A model generated the notes under the pieces. It was not told the DNA's origin. It saw only the letters and a list, made by a program, of their open reading frames with translations, and did no database searches. Positions 34,920 to 39,649 of a stretch of DNA of 39,649 bases are shown one piece after another. Source of the DNA: a virus. Its lineage: Duplodnaviria; Heunggongvirae; Uroviricota; Caudoviricetes. The stretch lies in IMG/VR virus record IMGVR_UViG_3300009594_000001. The stretch is one strand, 5' to 3'. Made by a program: the position numbers and the translations under genes. The first letter of the stretch is position 1, and each line of letters begins with the position of its first letter.

Positions 34920-34953
34920 AGCCGCCAGATACGAAGCTGGCGGCTATTTTTTT
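34920..34953 (+). terminator. Intrinsic terminator
   Basis: AGCCGCCAG-ATACGAAG-CTGGCGGCT-ATTTTTTT. Confidence 0.85.
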
Positions 34954-34984
34954 GAAATCCACCACCCACGGATACATATCACAT

Positions 34985-35662
34985 ATGAAGAAAGCTAAGG
35001 GCGAAGAATCTACTTCTAGCAAAAGCTCGAAGATCAAATTCCATCTAGAATTCCTCACCGCCGCACAGAAACTAGCCTGGGCAGCCTTCCAAGAGCATGA
35101 TGTGCTATTTTTGACCGGCCCAGCAGGTGTTGGCAAAAGCCATCTGGCAATGGCTTTTGCTATTAACGAAGTCCTGCAAAAGAAGAAGAAGTGGATCATT
35201 TTGACACGTCCCATTGTCGAAGCTGGCGAGAGTCTAGGATATCTACCTGGAGATTTCTACGAGAAGGTCAATCCCTATATGTTGCCTCTATACGATTGTA
35301 TGAGGCGATTGTTGGGGGTAGATGGCCCGCAAAGGGAGATCATCGATCGTAGTATAGAAATCGCTCCGATAGCGTATATGAGGGGCCGTACTTTTGATGA
35401 CGCAACTTGTATATTTGACGAAGCCCAAAACGCTACGATGTCGCAACTCAGGCTGTTCCTTAGTAGGTTTGGCGAGAACAGCAAGATCGTTATTACTGGA
35501 GACCCAGATCAATCGGACCTACCAACCAATATCTCTGGGTTCGTAGATGTTATGCGTAGGCTGGAGGCGGTTCCAGGTGTGGGCATTGTTGAATTTAAGC
35601 CAGATCAGATCGTTCGGCATCCTCTAGTCGGGCAAATTTTGGACCGCTTGAAGGATAAATAA
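34985..35662 (+). CDS. phoH: PhoH family ATPase
   Basis: GPAGVGKS, LTRPIVEAGESLGYLPG, YMRGRTF, DEAQN, GDPDQSD; start reassigned to ATG 34985. Confidence 0.95.
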   Translation: MKKAKGEESTSSKSSKIKFHLEFLTAAQKLAWAAFQEHDVLFLTGPAGVGKSHLAMAFAINEVLQKKKKWIILTRPIVEAGESLGYLPGDFYEKVNPYMLPLYDCMRRLLGVDGPQREIIDRSIEIAPIAYMRGRTFDDATCIFDEAQNATMSQLRLFLSRFGENSKIVITGDPDQSDLPTNISGFVDVMRRLEAVPGVGIVEFKPDQIVRHPLVGQILDRLKDK

Positions 35663-35683
35663 ACTAGAGGAGAACCAATACTT

Positions 35684-36115
35684 ATGGCAATGTCTAATTA
35701 CTTGGAAGAGCAGCTTCTAAACCATATCTTCCGCACTAACACCTTCCCGAAACCAGCTACGATGGCTATCGCATTACTTACGGCAGCAGCAGTAGATACA
35801 GATACAGGAGCTTTGACCGGAAAGGAAGTCGCCAACTCTTTTGGCTACGCTAGACAGACCCTAAACCCATTGGATGGTAACTGGAAAAACCCGGCTAGCC
35901 CAACGCAGGGCGAAACGGACAATCTGAGTGCAATTACGTTTGGCCCGGCTAGCGGCGGTAATTGGGGCACGGTCGTAGGTGTGGCCCTTTGCGACAGTTC
36001 GGCACATGGCGGCGGGAATTTGCTGTTCTATGGTTTGCTAACTACCTCGAAAGTGGTCAACGATGGCGACACGTTTAAGTTCAACATCGGAGACCTCAAC
36101 ATTCAGTTAGACTAA
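35684..36115 (+). CDS. Phage tail/virion-associated beta-sandwich protein
   Basis: MSNYLEEQLLNH...GYARQ...N...ITF..A..NWGTV..VAL.DS...GN.L.YG.L...K.V..GD...F..G.L pattern common in phage tail modules. Confidence 0.7.
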   Translation: MAMSNYLEEQLLNHIFRTNTFPKPATMAIALLTAAAVDTDTGALTGKEVANSFGYARQTLNPLDGNWKNPASPTQGETDNLSAITFGPASGGNWGTVVGVALCDSSAHGGGNLLFYGLLTTSKVVNDGDTFKFNIGDLNIQLD

Positions 36116-36132
36116 TGCATATCTCATAAACC

Positions 36133-36165
36133 ACAACAAAAGCCGCCGTAGGCGGCTTTTGTTGT
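36133..36165 (+). terminator. Intrinsic terminator (15-bp inverted repeat)
   Basis: ACAACAAAAGCCGCC-GTA-GGCGGCTTTTGTTGT. Confidence 0.88.
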
Positions 36166-36185
36166 TTCTGGAGAGTAAATAAGAC

Positions 36186-38969
36186 ATGTCTTCGTCTAGC
36201 AGCAGCGTTTCATCTAGCAGTAGTCGCTCATCAAGCAGTAGCAGCTCATCGCTGTCATCGAGTAGCTCTTCGTCTAGCAGGAGCAGTTCTTCGTCCAGCC
36301 TTAGCTCTTCGAGCAGTTCTTCCTCAAGCAGTATTTCGAGCAGTTCTTCTAGCAGAAGTTCCTCGTCTTCTTCGTCGGTAAGTTCATCGAGTAGCTCGTC
36401 TAGCCGAAGTTCATCGAGTAGTTCGTCGGTAAGTTCTTCGAGTTCTTTGAGCAGTTCATCTAGAAGTAGCAGTAGTTCTTCAAGTGTAAGCAGTAGCTCT
36501 TCAAGTGTAAGCAGTAGCTCATCCAGCATGAGTAGCTCTTCGAGTAGTTCGTCTCGAAGCAGTAGTTCTTCTTCGTCTTCGAGAAGCAGCAGTAGCTCGT
36601 CTCGAAGTAGCAGCAGTTCATCCAAGAGCAGCAGTAGCTCATCTAAAAGTTCATCAAGTAGTTCTAACAGTCCCATAAATCACGAGGGCAGTGCTAATCT
36701 TCCGGGCAACGCTACCGTGTTGGCTACAGCAGGATTGGTATTTAGAGTTCCGCACACGACTACAGGAACCTCTGTCTTAACTGCCTCTGCTGAGATTGTT
36801 CCTGGTGGTGTTATTAGACATATGCAGGGCAACTCTACCGTTATAGCTCTTGGTATTATTGAACCGGGTGGTGTAGCCAAATTAAACCACACTTCCGTCG
36901 TGAATGCTAAAGGCACTTGGTTCAGAGACTACACCACGTCTGGTCAGCTTACTACGGGCGGGGCCGCTGTCGCTGATATCACCATTACGGTTGGCAAATC
37001 GTTCACTTGGCGTGTGGCTTCCGAGCAGGAGTTCTCGAAGACCTTCACTTGGCGAGTCAACGATGGAATACTTCGGTACTATAGAATTGAAGGCAGGTGT
37101 CTAACTTTCGCCAATTGCTTTAATGCCAGCATAAATGTCAACGACCCACAGTGCGAGTCACAGACATTCGTGCAGATTATCCCTGCCGCAAGTGTTGCCG
37201 ATCTTTGCAGCAAGGCCGCTAAAACCGGAGGTTTGACGTATCCTATGGTCTGGCCTTGGAAATCGGTTAAGAGGTACAGTTTGCCGGTCGATGCGGGCGA
37301 TCTAGCTGAATTAGCTGCCAGAGGCGAAGATACAGTCTGCAACGAATTGGTTGTGGAGGACTTCTGTGAGATACCAGAGTGTTTGCAGTTTTGCCTAGAT
37401 TACATTGCCAACGTAGGCATTGGGGCGTCGGTCTCTATTCAGGAGAAGCACTATAAGTACATGCCTTCAGGCGGTATAAGAGTGAGCGGTGATACGCCAG
37501 CCGAAAAACTCAACCCGTCGCATATAGGTTCTGGAGGCATTGCGGTCGGTGGTGCCGCCATTGCTGCTTCTAGTTTCCACTCGTACACACCTTCTATGTC
37601 ATCGCCGCATTTGGTTATTGCAGGTGCCGTCGATCCCGTTAAGAGCAGTAAGTGGCATTATATCGGTTGCTGTGGCGGACATCCCAATGGTCCCAATGGA
37701 GGACTATTGATCGGTGGGGCTGCTGCTGTGGTTTCTAGCTACTGGAGGTACAAAGCCACTGGAGGCATTTCTGTTGGCGGCTCGTCAGAGGTATCTGACT
37801 TCGTATTGCGGTACTCTGCTACCGGTGGTCTACGTTCTAGTGGTTCGGCTCCGTCATTTTGGATAGACCCGGCTTACGAAGCGAGCGGCGGCATGACTCT
37901 TGGGGGATCAGCGACAGCCATTGCCGACTACTATGCCTATGAGGGCACTGGCGGGTTGATGGTTGGCGGCGAAGCTGGCGTGGTGTCTAACATCTGGCGG
38001 TATACCGCTACTGGCGGCATGGTGTTGGGCGGCATGTCTAATTCGGTTCTAATCTATGTCCCAGCAGGCGGCTTACTGGCTTCTGGTTCTGCTGGAACCT
38101 ATGTAACCCTGAGATACACAGCAATGGGCAGCGTTGTCACAGGTGGTACGGGCGGGCCATTCATAAGTCCTTGGTTTAGTTACCCAGGTGTGGGCGGGCT
38201 TACTATCGGCGGACAGGCCGACGCCGAAGACAATTTCTACGACATGATGGGCGTTGACATAGCAGGGGATGCTGAGCTTGATTTACTGGAATTTGTCCCA
38301 GAAACTAACATCGATTTACCAGAAGGCACTACAGCTTTCTCTATTGACGATGAGGTTGTTTTGACCGATTGCGGTTGCAAAGAATTGGGACTGAGACTCT
38401 TCATGAGGCATAATTTCGGAGATGGAAATCTCTTGAAGGAGTTTCTGTTCAGAAATGGTATGGCATTGCCACAGGAACTAAGCCTGTTGTACAGGGAGAG
38501 CGAGTCTAGCTGGAGCAAGAGCTATCACTTCAAGGGCATGGGCCATGAAAATCAGCTTGAGCAATGGGATTTGTTCTTTGATTGGGGCTGTACGTCAATT
38601 GTTGGTGGTCACGATCTAGATGTTCCTTCTTGGAAGTTTGGATTCTTCGCTAGAAGGAAGAATCTGGTGACGAAAGAGGATACTACAACCAGGATGCTCT
38701 TTACTTTTCCGAAAGACGCTCCGTGTCAGGAAGCGGATAACTTTGGCTTCCAGTTCAGGCTTAATACGCAAACGAAAGACATTACTACTGGCAACGTGTA
38801 TATTGAGACGTTTATATTCTTTGACGAGATCGGGTTGTTTGATGGCAAGCAATGGCTGAAAGACCCTATTTTGGAGGTAAGAATTAACGAGATTTCCTCC
38901 TCCCAGATATTCAATCGCCTCAATTTGACCCCGACTATACCTGAGAGATCGTTACTATTGATAAGTTAG
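36186..38969 (+). CDS. Large probable virion/fiber protein: poly-Ser N-terminus, Cys-rich segment, Gly-rich roughly 21-aa repeats
   Basis: 927-aa ORF; TAAATA 4 nt upstream; Y.A.GG..VGG repeats. Confidence 0.8.
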   Translation: MSSSSSSVSSSSSRSSSSSSSSLSSSSSSSSRSSSSSSLSSSSSSSSSSISSSSSSRSSSSSSSVSSSSSSSSRSSSSSSSVSSSSSLSSSSRSSSSSSSVSSSSSSVSSSSSSMSSSSSSSSRSSSSSSSSRSSSSSSRSSSSSSKSSSSSSKSSSSSSNSPINHEGSANLPGNATVLATAGLVFRVPHTTTGTSVLTASAEIVPGGVIRHMQGNSTVIALGIIEPGGVAKLNHTSVVNAKGTWFRDYTTSGQLTTGGAAVADITITVGKSFTWRVASEQEFSKTFTWRVNDGILRYYRIEGRCLTFANCFNASINVNDPQCESQTFVQIIPAASVADLCSKAAKTGGLTYPMVWPWKSVKRYSLPVDAGDLAELAARGEDTVCNELVVEDFCEIPECLQFCLDYIANVGIGASVSIQEKHYKYMPSGGIRVSGDTPAEKLNPSHIGSGGIAVGGAAIAASSFHSYTPSMSSPHLVIAGAVDPVKSSKWHYIGCCGGHPNGPNGGLLIGGAAAVVSSYWRYKATGGISVGGSSEVSDFVLRYSATGGLRSSGSAPSFWIDPAYEASGGMTLGGSATAIADYYAYEGTGGLMVGGEAGVVSNIWRYTATGGMVLGGMSNSVLIYVPAGGLLASGSAGTYVTLRYTAMGSVVTGGTGGPFISPWFSYPGVGGLTIGGQADAEDNFYDMMGVDIAGDAELDLLEFVPETNIDLPEGTTAFSIDDEVVLTDCGCKELGLRLFMRHNFGDGNLLKEFLFRNGMALPQELSLLYRESESSWSKSYHFKGMGHENQLEQWDLFFDWGCTSIVGGHDLDVPSWKFGFFARRKNLVTKEDTTTRMLFTFPKDAPCQEADNFGFQFRLNTQTKDITTGNVYIETFIFFDEIGLFDGKQWLKDPILEVRINEISSSQIFNRLNLTPTIPERSLLLIS
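36189..36665 (+). repeat. Low-complexity poly-serine tract (residues about 2-160)
   Basis: Ser runs punctuated by single V/R/L/I/M/K residues; TCN and AGY codons intermixed. Confidence 0.95.
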
Positions 38970-38980
38970 GAGAGGTCAGT

Positions 38981-39403
38981 ATGGAAAGTGTTTTTTACAT
39001 CATTACCGGAGCCTTCTTGGTTCTGTCCCTTTTGAACTTAATTGGCTTGGGTTTCTTGGTGAGCTACGTTTTTCGGCTTGCCGAGGCCATGAAGACATCC
39101 AGTGAAGAGATAAAGAAGTCCAACGCCGACTTGATCGAGGAGATGAAGCAATCGAACGCCCCGTTGGTAGAGTTCTTGGTTAAGCTAGCCGATGAGGTTA
39201 AGAAGCAGAATCGTACCCTGAAGACTATAGAACAAATCATGGAAGATATCAATGAAGAAGAGGAAGTTGAGGCCGAAATGAAGGCCCAACAAGCACGGAT
39301 CAAGACTCAGAGGCGTGCCAGAGGTCTACCAGAAGAACCCGGTCTAGTGGATGTAGATCAAGGGGTGTCTTACGATGAAAGATATAGACCGCCACAGGAA
39401 TAG
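38981..39403 (+). CDS. Membrane-anchored coiled-coil hypothetical protein
   Basis: N-terminal TM segment followed by heptad-like helix; AGGAG SD. Confidence 0.7.
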   Translation: MESVFYIITGAFLVLSLLNLIGLGFLVSYVFRLAEAMKTSSEEIKKSNADLIEEMKQSNAPLVEFLVKLADEVKKQNRTLKTIEQIMEDINEEEEVEAEMKAQQARIKTQRRARGLPEEPGLVDVDQGVSYDERYRPPQE

Positions 39404-39438
39404 TTTGTTAGAATGCTCTTGTAGACAAGGGCATTTTT

Positions 39439-39649
39439 ATGGCTGAACTAGAGTACCATCTTTTCAAGAGTGATCGCAAGTTCGGGATAGAGTTGGAAGT
39501 GGGGCCTACCGTATCTCAAAAGGAAATTGCCGATACTATAGGCATCCTCAATCCCAGCAGCAAGGTTGTCGTCTCAACTCACTGGCGACAAACGAACTAT
39601 AACAACACAGATTGGCAGGTCAAACAAGATTCTACCTGCGGCCCTGATG
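39439..39649 (+). CDS. Putative amidoligase-family protein (partial, runs off the window)
   Basis: Manual translation MAELEYHLFKSDRKFGIELEV...DWQVKQDSTCG matches the Amidoligase_2 pattern R.FG.E.E...W.V..D.S. Confidence 0.7.
   Translation, partial: MAELEYHLFKSDRKFGIELEVGPTVSQKEIADTIGILNPSSKVVVSTHWRQTNYNNTDWQVKQDSTCGPD

Noticed and set aside
34804-34998. 64-aa TTG-start ORF in the intergenic region
   Set aside because: Crosses an intrinsic terminator, has no SD and no recognisable features
36107-36676. 189-aa Leu/Glu/Asp-rich minus-strand ORF
   Set aside because: Antisense shadow of the poly-Ser codons; it also runs across a terminator
1-39649. Interpretation as a cellular chromosome because of dnaE, infC, rpsU, def and dnaJ
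   Set aside because: These genes are out of their cellular operon contexts (infC without rpmI-rplT, dnaJ without dnaK, GroES without GroEL), divergent, and interleaved with virion-type, homing-endonuclease and ORFan genes; a phage origin is favoured but needs the full contig to confirm

Overview
This 39.6-kb window is best read as a segment of a large (jumbo/huge) bacteriophage genome using genetic code 11. That is an inference from gene content and layout; no terminase or capsid gene lies in the window. Genes are dense, mostly on the + strand, and often coupled by ATGA/GTGA overlaps. Replication and nucleotide genes: an intein-split AAA+ ATPase, a PHP-less DnaE, dCMP deaminase, NDK, dUTPase, PhoH and an Rnl1-type RNA ligase. 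Translation and folding genes: bS21, peptide deformylase, IF3, a GroES-like protein and DnaJ. Unusual metabolic genes: indoleamine 2,3-dioxygenase, a TPP-dependent 2-keto-acid decarboxylase and an aldehyde dehydrogenase. Sugar-modification genes: two GT9-like proteins, a GT2, a UDP-glucose dehydrogenase with an internal deletion and an RmlC with a nonsense codon. Probable virion genes include a 927-aa protein that starts with about 160 residues of nearly pure Ser. Elements the ORF track misses or mis-frames: an iscA/hesB gene split by a roughly 760-bp TnpB-remnant IS, HNH and rmlC pseudogenes, an exact 61-bp tandem duplication and a 3' partial amidoligase. Strongest leads: (1) a roughly 230-nt multi-helix ncRNA candidate with a T-loop, its own promoter and a terminator, upstream of phoH; (2) a recurring TAnATA late-promoter-like box 4-6 nt before several ATGs, implying near-leaderless late mRNAs in a phage that carries its own IF3, bS21 and PDF; (3) T4-like capsid-targeting N-termini on three of those genes; (4) a phage Trp/2-keto-acid catabolic set. 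All family calls come from motif recognition by eye; no database searches were run.
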